NCBI GenBank assembly: GCA_041166405.1
Contig: JBEEFV010000058.1
Coordinates: 14,070-78,069, forward strand
DNA length: 64,000 nt
DNA from: Actinomycetota bacterium
GTDB taxonomy: Bacteria > Actinomycetota > Acidimicrobiia > Acidimicrobiales > JACCXE01
Direction: 5' to 3'
Positions 38,601 to 46,753 of the stretch are shown piece by piece; the stretch's first letter is position 1; the number at the start of each line of letters is the position of its first letter. The translations under genes and the position numbers were made by a program. Under the pieces are notes generated by a model. It was not told where the DNA came from. It did not search any database and was given only the letters and a program-made list of their open reading frames with translations.

Positions 38601-38840
38601 CGGCGGCATTCCCTCGTGTACGACCTCGCGCAAGCGCGCCGCAGCGCGCCGCGTGTCGTGGATGCGCAGCACTTCGTCGGCGAGTTCGAGCGTGAAGCCA
38701 CGCGAATCGTCATCGGCGAGCATCCGCGCCAGCCGCTTGCGGTGCCGGCGCTGTGCGCGTGTCTCAGTGGCTTGCGCGGCCTCGAGGAGTCTCGCCGCCA
38801 GCGCGACGGCGGCTTCGACGAGAACCGGGTCACGGTTCAC
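35607..38840 (-). CDS. putA: bifunctional proline dehydrogenase / L-glutamate-gamma-semialdehyde dehydrogenase
   Basis: NLLGE, LDMEEY, RIVKGAN, YLARRLDEN (PRODH); SPWNFP, ETSGKN, GQKCSA, ECFGP and QPFGGWK (GSALDH). Confidence 0.96.
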   Translation of the reverse strand: MNRDPVLVEAAVALAARLLEAAQATETRAQRRHRKRLARMLADDDSRGFTLELADEVLRIHDTRRAAARLREVVHEGMPPFLGPLDRLMLKTGAAAARVVPRVVMPMVASRVRRETSTVLLPADEPKLASRVHGYEAAHIHMNVNLLGEAILGEDEARQRVADVIELLGRDHVDYVSVKISSICSQLDPLSFNRSVDRIAERLRELYRAAMPSKFVNLDMEEYRDLHLTVAAFRAVLDEEEFRNLDAGIVLQAYLPDSYAVLVELCEWATARRARGGGRIKIRIVKGANLAMEHVDAEMHGWVSAPFDNKADVDANYKRMLDALLRPQYADAVRIGVASHNLFDVAWALTLREHYGAEDRLEIEMLEGMAPPQSAAVAQAAGGLLLYGPATREGDLEPAVAYLARRLDENAAPENFLHALFSMTPGSDEFRVEEQRFRAAVAARHLAPPRPRRHQDRLAPHEPDPSTEFRNEPDTDFTSAVNRRWINDHLAHWTDPCPEGWPTPTVADVDAAVARARTAAHDWRALGAEGRAAILRRVAHEMAVHRGDTIATMAHTAGKTVAEGDTEVSEAIDFARYYASSACETTHGATFEPYRVVAVASPWNFPYAIPAGGVLAALAAGASVILKPAPQTRLVASTIVEHCVRGGVPADVVQFLPCDDDEAGQRLITHDDVDAVVLTGSWDTARLFRSWKPRLALHAETSGKNAIVVTAAADLDGAIRDLVRSAFGHAGQKCSAASLGILEASVYDDTRFLERLADAVRSLRVGSATDVDTTVGPLIEPASGPLLRAFTRLDADESWLVAPRQIGTRTWTPGVKLGVRDGSWFHTAECFGPVLGLMRAKDLDDAVRMQNATPFGLTAGLQSLDPAEVARWTDRVDAGNLYVNRAITGAIVRRQPFGGWKRSAMGAGAKAGGPNYVASMGRWRDDDASRAPDYAAAWALHFAVDHDQSGLTAESNVFRYVPYHRPVVVRVGEGATERDVQRCQLAAKVAGVTLVIARDSDDEFIARVRNLRAGKVRVVGGVADTIYAACDEHGIAVDDAPVSSVGRIEMLRWVREQSVTQTMHRYGNVRHGRHRPA

Positions 38841-40066
38841 GGACCCAGATGACGATGACGCAATGCGGCGAGCGATTCTTCGATTCTGTCAAGACCCCAC
38901 GTGAGCTCGTCCTCGGTGATGGTGAGCGGCGGCGACAACCGCAACGTCTGGCCGTGGGTGTCCTTCGACAGCACGCCGCGCGTGATCAGTTCCTCGGCCA
39001 TACCTCGTCCGGTACCCATTTCCTCGGACAAGTCGATGCCCGCCCACAGCCCGCGCACGCGCACGGCGTCGATACCGAAGCCGATCATCTTCGTGAGGCG
39101 CGCCCGGACGACCGTCTCCAGCGCCGCCGCACGCGCGAACAGCGATCCGTCACGAACGAGATCGATCACCGCGAGACCAACCGCACACGCCAGCGGGTTG
39201 CCGCCGAACGTCGAACCGTGCGACCCCGGCGTCAGGACGCCGAGGATGTCCCAGTCCGCCACGACGGCCGACAGCGGCACGATGCCGCCACCGAGGGCCT
39301 TGCCCAGGATGTACATGTCGGGCACGACGCCTTCGTGGTCGCAGGCGAACATCTTGCCGGTGCGGCCGAACCCCGACTGCACTTCGTCGGCGATCATGAG
39401 GATGTTGTAGGTGCGACACAGCTCGCGCACGCCGGTGAGGAAGCCGTCGGGCGGGATGACGACGCCCGCCTCGCCCTGCACGGGTTCGATCAACACCGCG
39501 GCGACGGTGTCGTCGATGGCGGCAGCGACGGCGTCGAGATCGCCGTAGCGGACGCGGCGGAACCCTGGAGTGAACGGGCCGAACCCGTCCTTCGATTCGG
39601 CGTCGGACGAGAAGCCGACGATCGTCGTCGTGCGGCCGTGGAAGTTGTGGTCGAACACGATGATCGTTGCGGAGTTCTGCGCGATGCCTTTGCGCTCGTA
39701 CCCCCAGCGGCGCGCCACCTTGATCGCGGTCTCCACCGCTTCGGCACCGGTGTTCATCGGTACGACCGCTTCCTTGCCGCAGAGCGCCGCCAGCTCGGCG
39801 ACGAACGGGCCGAGCGTGTCGTTGCTGAAGGCGCGCGCGGTGAGCGTGAGCTTGTCGAGCTGCGCGTGCGCGGCGGCCACGAGCGCGGGATGCCGATGGC
39901 CGAAATTCAGCGCCGAGTAACCCGACAGCATGTCCAGGTAACGATCCCCGCTGGTGTCGAAGACCCAGCACCCTTCGCCGCGGCTGAGCGTGACCGGCAG
40001 CGGCTTGTAGTTGTGGGCGGCGTGCTGCCACTCGAGATCCGTGGGGGCTGCCAGTAGGTCAGTCAT
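38837..40066 (-). CDS. rocD: ornithine--oxo-acid aminotransferase
   Basis: AHNYKPL, YSALNFGH, MNTGAEAVETA, NFHGRT, EPVQGEAGV, DEVQSG, GKALGGG and HGSTFGGNP. Confidence 0.95.
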   Translation of the reverse strand: MTDLLAAPTDLEWQHAAHNYKPLPVTLSRGEGCWVFDTSGDRYLDMLSGYSALNFGHRHPALVAAAHAQLDKLTLTARAFSNDTLGPFVAELAALCGKEAVVPMNTGAEAVETAIKVARRWGYERKGIAQNSATIIVFDHNFHGRTTTIVGFSSDAESKDGFGPFTPGFRRVRYGDLDAVAAAIDDTVAAVLIEPVQGEAGVVIPPDGFLTGVRELCRTYNILMIADEVQSGFGRTGKMFACDHEGVVPDMYILGKALGGGIVPLSAVVADWDILGVLTPGSHGSTFGGNPLACAVGLAVIDLVRDGSLFARAAALETVVRARLTKMIGFGIDAVRVRGLWAGIDLSEEMGTGRGMAEELITRGVLSKDTHGQTLRLSPPLTITEDELTWGLDRIEESLAALRHRHLGP

Positions 40067-40908
40067 CGCTGCCTCCGAAGCTCGAGGGTGCAGCACTTCA
40101 CGCTGCCGCCCGCCTTGCGCAACTCGCTGGTGTCGATCGGGACGGGGTCGTAACCGTGCGACCGCAACGACTCGATGAATCCCGTCGCCTGCGCCGACAC
40201 GATCACGTGGTGGCCGTCGCTCATGGCGTTGCACCCGAACGCCTCGGCGTCACGCTCCTCGACGATGAGGGCGTGCGGGAATCGCTGTTGCAGCACGTCA
40301 CGGGAGTTGGCGTCGAACGCGCCGGGGAAGTACGCGACGTTGTCGTCGCGCAGCACGGCCATCGCCGTATCGAGGTGGTAGAAGCGCGGGTCCACAAGAC
40401 GCAGGCTGACGACCGGCACGTGCATCTGCGCGCGCAGTTCGTCGTGCGCCGCGATGTCGGTGCGGAAGCCGTAGCCCGCGAACACGGTGTCACCGACGAC
40501 GGCGAAGTCGCCCTCGCCCTCGTTGATTTCCGTGGCGCGCACGACGTGATCGAACCCGTGGTCGCGGAACCATTGCGCGTACGGCGCCTCCTCGCCTTGG
40601 CGTTCCGCGAAGCGGAACTTGGCGGCGTACACGCGGCCGTCGACGACGAGGCCGCTGTTGGCGGCGAACACCATGTCGGGCAGGCCGAGAACGGGCTCGA
40701 CGAGCTCGACCGTGTGACCGAGCGCCTCGTACGTGCGCACGATGGTTTCCCACTGGCGCGTCGCGACGCGCCGGTCCACCGGAACGCCCGCGTGCATCCA
40801 CGGGTTGATCTCGTAGGAAACGGCGAAGTAGTCGGGACGGCACATCAGCACGTGACGGGGGCGGTACGCCTCACCGGGGTCACTGCATCGCTCCGCGAGC
40901 GAACTCAT
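40063..40908 (-). CDS. ddaH: dimethylargininase-like amidinotransferase-family hydrolase
   Basis: LMCRPDYF.V.YEINPWM, PDMVFAAN, EGEGD, FYHLD and GGSVKCCT; start 40908 or 40914. Confidence 0.9.
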   Translation of the reverse strand: MSSLAERCSDPGEAYRPRHVLMCRPDYFAVSYEINPWMHAGVPVDRRVATRQWETIVRTYEALGHTVELVEPVLGLPDMVFAANSGLVVDGRVYAAKFRFAERQGEEAPYAQWFRDHGFDHVVRATEINEGEGDFAVVGDTVFAGYGFRTDIAAHDELRAQMHVPVVSLRLVDPRFYHLDTAMAVLRDDNVAYFPGAFDANSRDVLQQRFPHALIVEERDAEAFGCNAMSDGHHVIVSAQATGFIESLRSHGYDPVPIDTSELRKAGGSVKCCTLELRRQR

Positions 40909-40959
40909 CACCATGCATTGAAAGTACGGACGGCGCGGTACAAATACAACGGGTACAAG

Positions 40960-40974
40960 TTGCGTTCCACGCAA
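40960..40974. promoter_or_regulatory. candidate Lrp/AsnC binding palindrome
   Basis: TTGCG-TTCCA-CGCAA abutting the TAAACT -10 of the Lrp gene. Confidence 0.45.
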
Positions 40975-40986
40975 TAAACTTGTGCT

Positions 40987-41427
40987 GTGACGCTACGTGA
41001 CGAAATAGACCGCTCCATTGTGTCGCTTCTGGTGCAAGATTCGCGACGGAGCTTCGGTGACATCGGCGAGCACGTCGGGTTGTCAGCGCCCGCCGTGAAG
41101 CGCCGCGTCGACCGCCTCGAGGACACCGGCGTCATCCTCGGATACACGGCGCGCATCGACCGCAACGTCGAAGGCAAGGTGACCGAGACGTTCGTCGAGC
41201 TCTACTGCTCGGGTCGCACTGCCCCGTCCGACATCAAAGAGATCGTGGCGCCGTTCGATCAGGTCGTCGAAGCGTTCACCGTGAGCGGCGAGGCCGACGC
41301 GCTGCTGATGCTGCGCACGCGCGACATCGCCGAGTTAGAAGAGGTGCTCGAGCGGATCCGCAACAACCAGCACGTCGACCGCACGAAGACGATCATCGTG
41401 TTGTCGCGTTTGTTGGACCGCAGTTAG
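40987..41427 (+). CDS. Lrp/AsnC family regulator
   Basis: DEIDRSI..L..DSR.S...IG..VGLSAPAVKRRV HTH; divergent from ddaH; TAAACT-6nt-GTG. Confidence 0.94.
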   Translation: MTLRDEIDRSIVSLLVQDSRRSFGDIGEHVGLSAPAVKRRVDRLEDTGVILGYTARIDRNVEGKVTETFVELYCSGRTAPSDIKEIVAPFDQVVEAFTVSGEADALLMLRTRDIAELEEVLERIRNNQHVDRTKTIIVLSRLLDRS

Positions 41428-41906
41428 CGCTTCGCGGCCTTCTTCGCCGGGGCCTTCTTGGCCGTCGACTTCGCGGGGGCTGTCTTCGCGGGCGACGACT
41501 TCTTCGCCGCCGCTTTCTTCGCGGGCGCTGACTTCTTCGCAGTCGACTGCTTCGCCGCAGCCTTCTTGGCGGGCGCCGCGTTTTTCGCCGGCGACTTCTT
41601 CGCGGCCGACTTCTTCGCGGGCGACTTCTTCGCGCTCGCCTTCGTAGGCGTTGGAGCCTGCTTCGTCACCGTTTGCTTGCTCGAGGCCGGCTTCGCCGCG
41701 GTCTTCGTCACGGCGCGCACGCTCTCGGCCTGGGCACTAGCGAGCCGCAGCCCCTCGGCGGGCGCCGCTTGTTCGGTCTCGCGCAACAACTCGGCGGCGG
41801 GCGGCGTGTACACGTCGACGTCGTCCGGTTGCGGTTTTTCGGTCTCCGGCGCCACCTTCTTCAGCAGGCGTCGCAGCGGGCCGTCTTTTTGTTTGGTTGC
41901 AGGCAC
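41424..41906 (-). CDS. Lys/Ala-rich histone H1-like protein
   Basis: C-terminal half is tandem (P/A)AKK pentapeptide-type repeats. Confidence 0.7.
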   Translation of the reverse strand: MPATKQKDGPLRRLLKKVAPETEKPQPDDVDVYTPPAAELLRETEQAAPAEGLRLASAQAESVRAVTKTAAKPASSKQTVTKQAPTPTKASAKKSPAKKSAAKKSPAKNAAPAKKAAAKQSTAKKSAPAKKAAAKKSSPAKTAPAKSTAKKAPAKKAAKR

Positions 41907-41940
41907 CGCGTCGCCATACCCGCTATTCGACGGTCCATGC

Positions 41941-42279
41941 CTAATGCGAAGACGAAGGCTTCCGGTTCGCCTGCATCATGGGCCGCAGGATTGCTCCGGC
42001 TGCAGTGTTCTCGGCGTCGTCCGCTTCGTCGACCGCCGGCGGCGTCTCGCGCTTCGGCGGAGTCGCCGTCGGTTTTTGCGGCGTGATCGCAGCCTCGATG
42101 TGGCGCGTCTGCGTCCGCTTCCCGCTCTCCGCCTCGCGCTCGGCTTCGAGTTCCGCGATCGTTTCCATGTCGCGCTTGCGCCGTTCCGCCAGAGGCATCA
42201 TCGGCCGGAGGATCGCGCCGGCCGCTGAGTTCTGCGTGTCGTCGTTCGCTTCCCTCTCGTCTCGCTCGTTCACAGCCAT
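41941..42279 (-). CDS. small hypothetical protein with duplicated N(S/T)AAGAILRPMM motif
   Basis: Two copies of AAGAILRPMM differ only at synonymous positions, supporting real coding. Confidence 0.75.
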   Translation of the reverse strand: MAVNERDEREANDDTQNSAAGAILRPMMPLAERRKRDMETIAELEAEREAESGKRTQTRHIEAAITPQKPTATPPKRETPPAVDEADDAENTAAGAILRPMMQANRKPSSSH

Positions 42280-42295
42280 GTGGCTGCAATACCCG

Positions 42296-43111
42296 CTAGT
42301 GCGGCGATGCGTTCACCAAAGTCGAGGTGACATCGCCGGCGATCGTCGAGCCGAACGGACCCGTGCCGTGCACGACCTCGTGGCTGTAGGTAGGGACGCG
42401 CAACGCCGGAGCCCAATGTTGCGTATCGCTCACATTCACGTCGATGCCGTTGCCGCTGACGTGCAACGTCGAGGCCACGACGACGACTTCGAACGAGCGT
42501 CCGCTCACGCTGTCGTTCTGGTGCCCGGTGATACTCCCCGAGAAGTCGGCGGCGAACCCGTTGTCGCACGCGGCGTGACCGCTGAAGGTCTTGCCGGTAG
42601 TCGGCGGCCACGGTGGCGCTGGGACCGGCGTCGCGAACGTGCACGTGATGACGAGACCCTGCTGCTTCAGCACGACGCGGGTGATGTGCGGACCGTCTGA
42701 ACCGAAGGTGAAGTACAGGTCACCCTCGCTCTGTGGGTCCGCGTGGCGCGCGAACACTTGTGAAGGGCCCGTGCCTTCCACCACCAGCGTGCCGCTCGGC
42801 GGGACGCTGCCCTGGTTGGTCGAGCCTGATTGCGCGTAGTCGTACGTGCCCGGCGCCGCCGGAGCAGGCGCGGCGTTCGAGTCCGCGTTCCCCGGAGACG
42901 ACGACGCAGCGCCCGAGGCCCGGTGCTGGGTCGAGGTGGTCGTGGCCGAAGGCGCGAGCTGTGACGTGGTCGCGTCGTCACCGGCGATAGACGAAGACGT
43001 CGTGGTGCGCTTGGGCTTCACGGTGCTGGCCTTGTGATCGCTCTTGCTGCCGCCGCACCCCGCGGCAAGCAACGCGAGCGCGAAAACGACGACGACGAAC
43101 TTCCGGGGCAT
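42296..43111 (-). CDS. hypothetical lipoprotein
   Basis: Lipobox AAGC, Ser/Thr-rich linker, beta-rich C-terminal domain (PGTYDY.QSG). Confidence 0.8.
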   Translation of the reverse strand: MPRKFVVVVFALALLAAGCGGSKSDHKASTVKPKRTTTSSSIAGDDATTSQLAPSATTTSTQHRASGAASSSPGNADSNAAPAPAAPGTYDYAQSGSTNQGSVPPSGTLVVEGTGPSQVFARHADPQSEGDLYFTFGSDGPHITRVVLKQQGLVITCTFATPVPAPPWPPTTGKTFSGHAACDNGFAADFSGSITGHQNDSVSGRSFEVVVVASTLHVSGNGIDVNVSDTQHWAPALRVPTYSHEVVHGTGPFGSTIAGDVTSTLVNASPH

Positions 43112-43155
43112 GCCCACAGCTTGCCAGGCTGCTTGCCGCAGGCAGCATCGCTGTG

Positions 43156-43188
43156 TCACTGTTACATCTTGATGCTCACTGTTACATC
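43156..43188 (+). promoter_or_regulatory. 13-bp direct repeat, probable operator
   Basis: TCACTGTTACATC at 43156 and 43176 (20-bp period) flanking the tetR start codon. Confidence 0.6.
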
Positions 43189-43756
43189 AGAAGCGGCCAC
43201 GGATGCGACAACGGAGCGCATCCTCGACGCGGCGTACGAGGAGTTGTTGCACTTCGGCGTCAAAGGGGTGAGCGTCGAAGACATCGCCAAGCGCGTCGGC
43301 GTGGCACGGATAACGATCTATCGCCGGTTCGCCAACAAGGACGCACTGCTCGCTTCGGTCGCACTGCGCGAAGCCCGACGCCTGCTTGCCCGCGTCGACG
43401 CCGCGATCGACAAACAGTCGAGCCCCGAGGATCAACTCGTCGAAGGCTTCGTCGTGGCGCTGCAGTCGGTCCGCAACCATCCGATCGTGAAGCGCACACT
43501 GTCGAGCGAGCCCGATCTCGTGACGGGATTCTTATCGTCGCACGCCGCAGCGATCATTGCGCTGCCCCGGGACTACCTCGCGGCCCGCATCGCCGCCATG
43601 CGGCCCGGTTTCGACGCGCGTCCCGTCGCCGAGTTGATCGTGCGCCTCACTGCGACGTTCGTGCTGCTGCCCGACAGCGTCATCCGCTTGAAGACCGGCG
43701 ACGACGTGCGCACCTTTGCGCGCACGTTCCTCTTCCCCATGGTGGTGGACGCATGA
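43172..43756 (+). CDS. TetR/AcrR transcriptional regulator
   Basis: IAKRVGVARITIYRRF HTH. Confidence 0.92.
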   Translation: MLTVTSEAATDATTERILDAAYEELLHFGVKGVSVEDIAKRVGVARITIYRRFANKDALLASVALREARRLLARVDAAIDKQSSPEDQLVEGFVVALQSVRNHPIVKRTLSSEPDLVTGFLSSHAAAIIALPRDYLAARIAAMRPGFDARPVAELIVRLTATFVLLPDSVIRLKTGDDVRTFARTFLFPMVVDA

Positions 43757-44583
43757 CCAGAACGCTCGTCGAGCGACGCGCCTCGGACCTCCGCCTCCTC
43801 GGCGCCGCCGGGTACGCGCTGGCGCTACAGATCGGACACCCGACGGTCGCGGCCGGCGTACGCGACCACTCCAACTTCACCGTCGACCCGTGGGGTCGCT
43901 TCTTCGGCACGGTCGACTTCGTCAACCTGCTCGTGTACGGGTCACCGGAACAGACGGCGGCGGCGACGCGCAACCTGCGCGCCATGCACGCGCGCATTCG
44001 CGGCACCGATGCGCACGGCCAGAAATATTCAGCGCTCGAACCCCACGCGTATGCGTGGGTGCACGCCACGCTCGCCGAGGCGCTCGTGCGCGGCCACCGC
44101 ATCTTCGGCTCGCCGTTCACGCGCGACGAGAAGGAACAGTTCTGGCGCGAGTGGCTGGAGCTCGGACATCTGTTGGGCGTGCGCGACGGTGACCTGCCTC
44201 CGACGTGGAGCGAGTTGCAGGTTTACGTGCAGCACACGATCGAACACGTCCTCGAATACAACGAGCTCGTCGACGTCGTGCAGAACACCGCATCGCACGC
44301 CACCGGCGGCTCACCGCTGCGGTGGCTCCCGCCGCGCGCGTGGGCCATGGCCGGCGTCCCGCTCGGCCGCTACGTCGCGTTCCTCGGCCGCGGGACGATG
44401 GGCCGCGAGTTGCGCGCGAAGTACCGCATCGCGTGGGGGCCGCGGCAACAGCGCACGTTCGCCGCCATCGCCGCCGCGCATCGCGCGTCGAGCCCCGTGC
44501 TGCCGCCGGTCCTGCGCCACGTCGGCCCGACGATTCTGCGCGCGCGGCGACGCGAAGTGCTCGCCGGGCCGTTCGCCGCATGA
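43753..44583 (+). CDS. oxygenase MpaB family (DUF2236) protein
   Basis: LQIGHP.VAAGV.DHS.F..DPWGR, H..I.G, YSALEP..Y.WVHATL motifs. Confidence 0.88.
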   Translation: MTRTLVERRASDLRLLGAAGYALALQIGHPTVAAGVRDHSNFTVDPWGRFFGTVDFVNLLVYGSPEQTAAATRNLRAMHARIRGTDAHGQKYSALEPHAYAWVHATLAEALVRGHRIFGSPFTRDEKEQFWREWLELGHLLGVRDGDLPPTWSELQVYVQHTIEHVLEYNELVDVVQNTASHATGGSPLRWLPPRAWAMAGVPLGRYVAFLGRGTMGRELRAKYRIAWGPRQQRTFAAIAAAHRASSPVLPPVLRHVGPTILRARRREVLAGPFAA

Positions 44584-45974
44584 TCGAGGACTTCCGCGGT
44601 CCGTACGCCGGCGGACCTCCGCCGTCGGCGCTCGAGATCGACGCCCCCGACGTCACGCACATCGGCTGGCGCGACCTCGCGCGCGCCGTGGCGGTGCAGG
44701 CGACGATCGCGTGGTGCGTCGCGCGCGCCGTTGCGGCGTGGGTCATCCATCGGCGCGGCCGCACCGTCGTGCGCGCGGCGTGCGACGGTTTGGTCGACGC
44801 CTTCGAGAAGCTCGGCCCGACCTTTGTGAAAGCCGGCCAGCTCATCACTTCGTCGCCCGGCGTGTTCCCGGCTCCGCTCGCCGACGCCTGCAAGCGCTGC
44901 CTCGACGAGGTGCCTCCCTTCCCTGCCGACCAAGTGCGAAAGGTGATCAGCGAAGACCTGGGACACGAACCTCACGCGCTGTTCTTGAAGTTCGAGGAGA
45001 CGCCGCTGGCGAGCGCGTCGATCGCGCAGGTGCACGCGGTCGTGCTGCCCGATGGACGTGAGGCCGTGCTGAAGATCCAGCGGCCCGGCGTGCGCCGCAC
45101 CATGAACAGCGACCTGCGCAACCTGTACTTCATCGCTCGCCTCGCCGAGCGCACGAAGCTCGGCAAGCGGCTGCAACCGACCAAGTTCGTCGAGGACATG
45201 CACCTGGTGTCGAACCAGGAGGTCAACTGCGCGCTCGAAGCCCACCGCCAAACGCGCTACCGCGACCACATCGACGACTACGGCGACAACCCCGACATCA
45301 CCGCGCCCGAGGTGTACTGGAACTACTGCGGGCCGCGCGTCATCTGCATGGAGCGGATGTACGGCGTGCCCATCGACTCCTTCGACGTGTTCGCGCGCCG
45401 CGGCATCGACGGCGAACTGTTGTTGCGCAAAGGGATGAAGGTTGCCTTCGAAGCGATGCTCGTCCACGGGCCATTCCACGGCGACGTCCACGCCGGCAAC
45501 ATCTGGGTGCTCGACGACGGGCGCGCCGCGTACCTCGACTTCGGGTTGATGGGCGAACTGCCGGACCGGTGGAAGTCGTTGATGATCGACCTGCTGAAGA
45601 CCGTGCAGGTCGACAACGACTGGGCGCGGGTCGTGCGCAACTACAAGGACGTGGGCGTGTTGTCCGAAGACGTCGGCCCCGACGACGAGGTCGGCGCTCG
45701 CCTGCAAATGGTGATGGAGCCGATGTTCCTCCAGGCAGCGGGTTCCGTCGACCTCGGCGCCGTCATGAAGCAGCAGATCGACCTCGCGGAATCCATGGGA
45801 GCGAAGGCTCCGCAAGAGCTGATGCTCGTCTCGAAGCAGGTGTTCTACTTCGAGCGCTACGTCAAGGGACTGGCCCCCGACTACCAGATGATGAGCGACC
45901 TCTACCTGACCAAGAACGTCATCCCCGAAGCGAAGAAAGTCGCCGCGGAACGCGGCGTGAGCTTCCCGACCTAG
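44580..45974 (+). CDS. ABC1/AarF/UbiB atypical kinase
   Basis: LGPTFVKAGQ, ASASIAQVH, KIQRPG, FHGDVHAGN and LDFG. Confidence 0.93.
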   Translation: MIEDFRGPYAGGPPPSALEIDAPDVTHIGWRDLARAVAVQATIAWCVARAVAAWVIHRRGRTVVRAACDGLVDAFEKLGPTFVKAGQLITSSPGVFPAPLADACKRCLDEVPPFPADQVRKVISEDLGHEPHALFLKFEETPLASASIAQVHAVVLPDGREAVLKIQRPGVRRTMNSDLRNLYFIARLAERTKLGKRLQPTKFVEDMHLVSNQEVNCALEAHRQTRYRDHIDDYGDNPDITAPEVYWNYCGPRVICMERMYGVPIDSFDVFARRGIDGELLLRKGMKVAFEAMLVHGPFHGDVHAGNIWVLDDGRAAYLDFGLMGELPDRWKSLMIDLLKTVQVDNDWARVVRNYKDVGVLSEDVGPDDEVGARLQMVMEPMFLQAAGSVDLGAVMKQQIDLAESMGAKAPQELMLVSKQVFYFERYVKGLAPDYQMMSDLYLTKNVIPEAKKVAAERGVSFPT

Positions 45975-45983
45975 CGAGTTCGT

Positions 45984-46424
45984 CTACGCGGGTCGCACTA
46001 CGAGCCAGCGGATCCCCTCCGCATCGAGCACGGGCGGCAGTACGCCGGCTGCGGACTCGGGCGAGAGCCACACGACGGCGCCGAGAGTCAACGCCGCGGC
46101 GCACGCTTCGAGGTTCAAGAGATTCAGCCGGTCGTGGCGGGCGGCGAGCTCGGCCATCAAGGGCACCGCCATGCGGGCATCCGGAAGCCCGATGTCCTCG
46201 CGAAGGCGCAGGAGCGCGCCGATCGCCGCCCCTCTCTCGGTCAGGCCGAATTGCTCAAAGGGTCCTGACAACCGTCCGGCGCCGCCGACCACGGCGGCAC
46301 GACACGCGCGGTAATACCAGTACGCGGTCGTGAACAGACCGCCGTGACGCCGGCGGGTCGGGAGCCCGGCGAGCAGCTCCGTTATGAGGAGCCAGTCATC
46401 CAGAACTACAGGAGGCGCGGCCAC
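45984..46424 (-). CDS. divergent PIN-like protein (putative toxin)
   Basis: VVLDD start, LFTT..W, LNLLNLEACAAA...GA pattern follows the PIN secondary-structure layout; directly downstream of an AbrB gene. Confidence 0.6.
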   Translation of the reverse strand: MAAPPVVLDDWLLITELLAGLPTRRRHGGLFTTAYWYYRACRAAVVGGAGRLSGPFEQFGLTERGAAIGALLRLREDIGLPDARMAVPLMAELAARHDRLNLLNLEACAAALTLGAVVWLSPESAAGVLPPVLDAEGIRWLVVRPA

Positions 46425-46670
46425 TCAGTCGTACTGATCGACCAGGTCCGGATCGTCGAGCGCTTCGACTCCGTCCTGGTAGTGCTCCTTTAGGACTCGC
46501 CACAGTTCAGCTTTGGCGACGTCGATACCGCCCGGGATGATGAGGGCCGACCCACCCATGTCGATGATCCCAACTTCTCCACCATCGGCGATGCCCCACC
46601 GGTGACGTAACTCCGCGGGCAGGGTGGTCTGCCCACGATGCGACACCTTGGCGTTAACGGCGGAAGCCAC
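46425..46670 (-). CDS. AbrB/MazE/SpoVT family DNA-binding protein (putative antitoxin)
   Basis: KVSHRGQTTLPAELRHRWGI..G swapped-hairpin signature, acidic tail; TACAAT-6nt-GTG. Confidence 0.82.
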   Translation of the reverse strand: MASAVNAKVSHRGQTTLPAELRHRWGIADGGEVGIIDMGGSALIIPGGIDVAKAELWRVLKEHYQDGVEALDDPDLVDQYD

Positions 46671-46753
46671 GCATGCATTGTAAGAGACCACGCTGTACAA
46701 GGCAACGGACGAGTCCGAAGGATCAGTAAGCGGGTAATAGCCTCTGTCGCCCT

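Noticed and set aside
41861-42289. Alternative 142-aa minus-strand ORF
   Set aside because: The synonymous pattern in the duplicated motif supports the 41941..42279 frame instead
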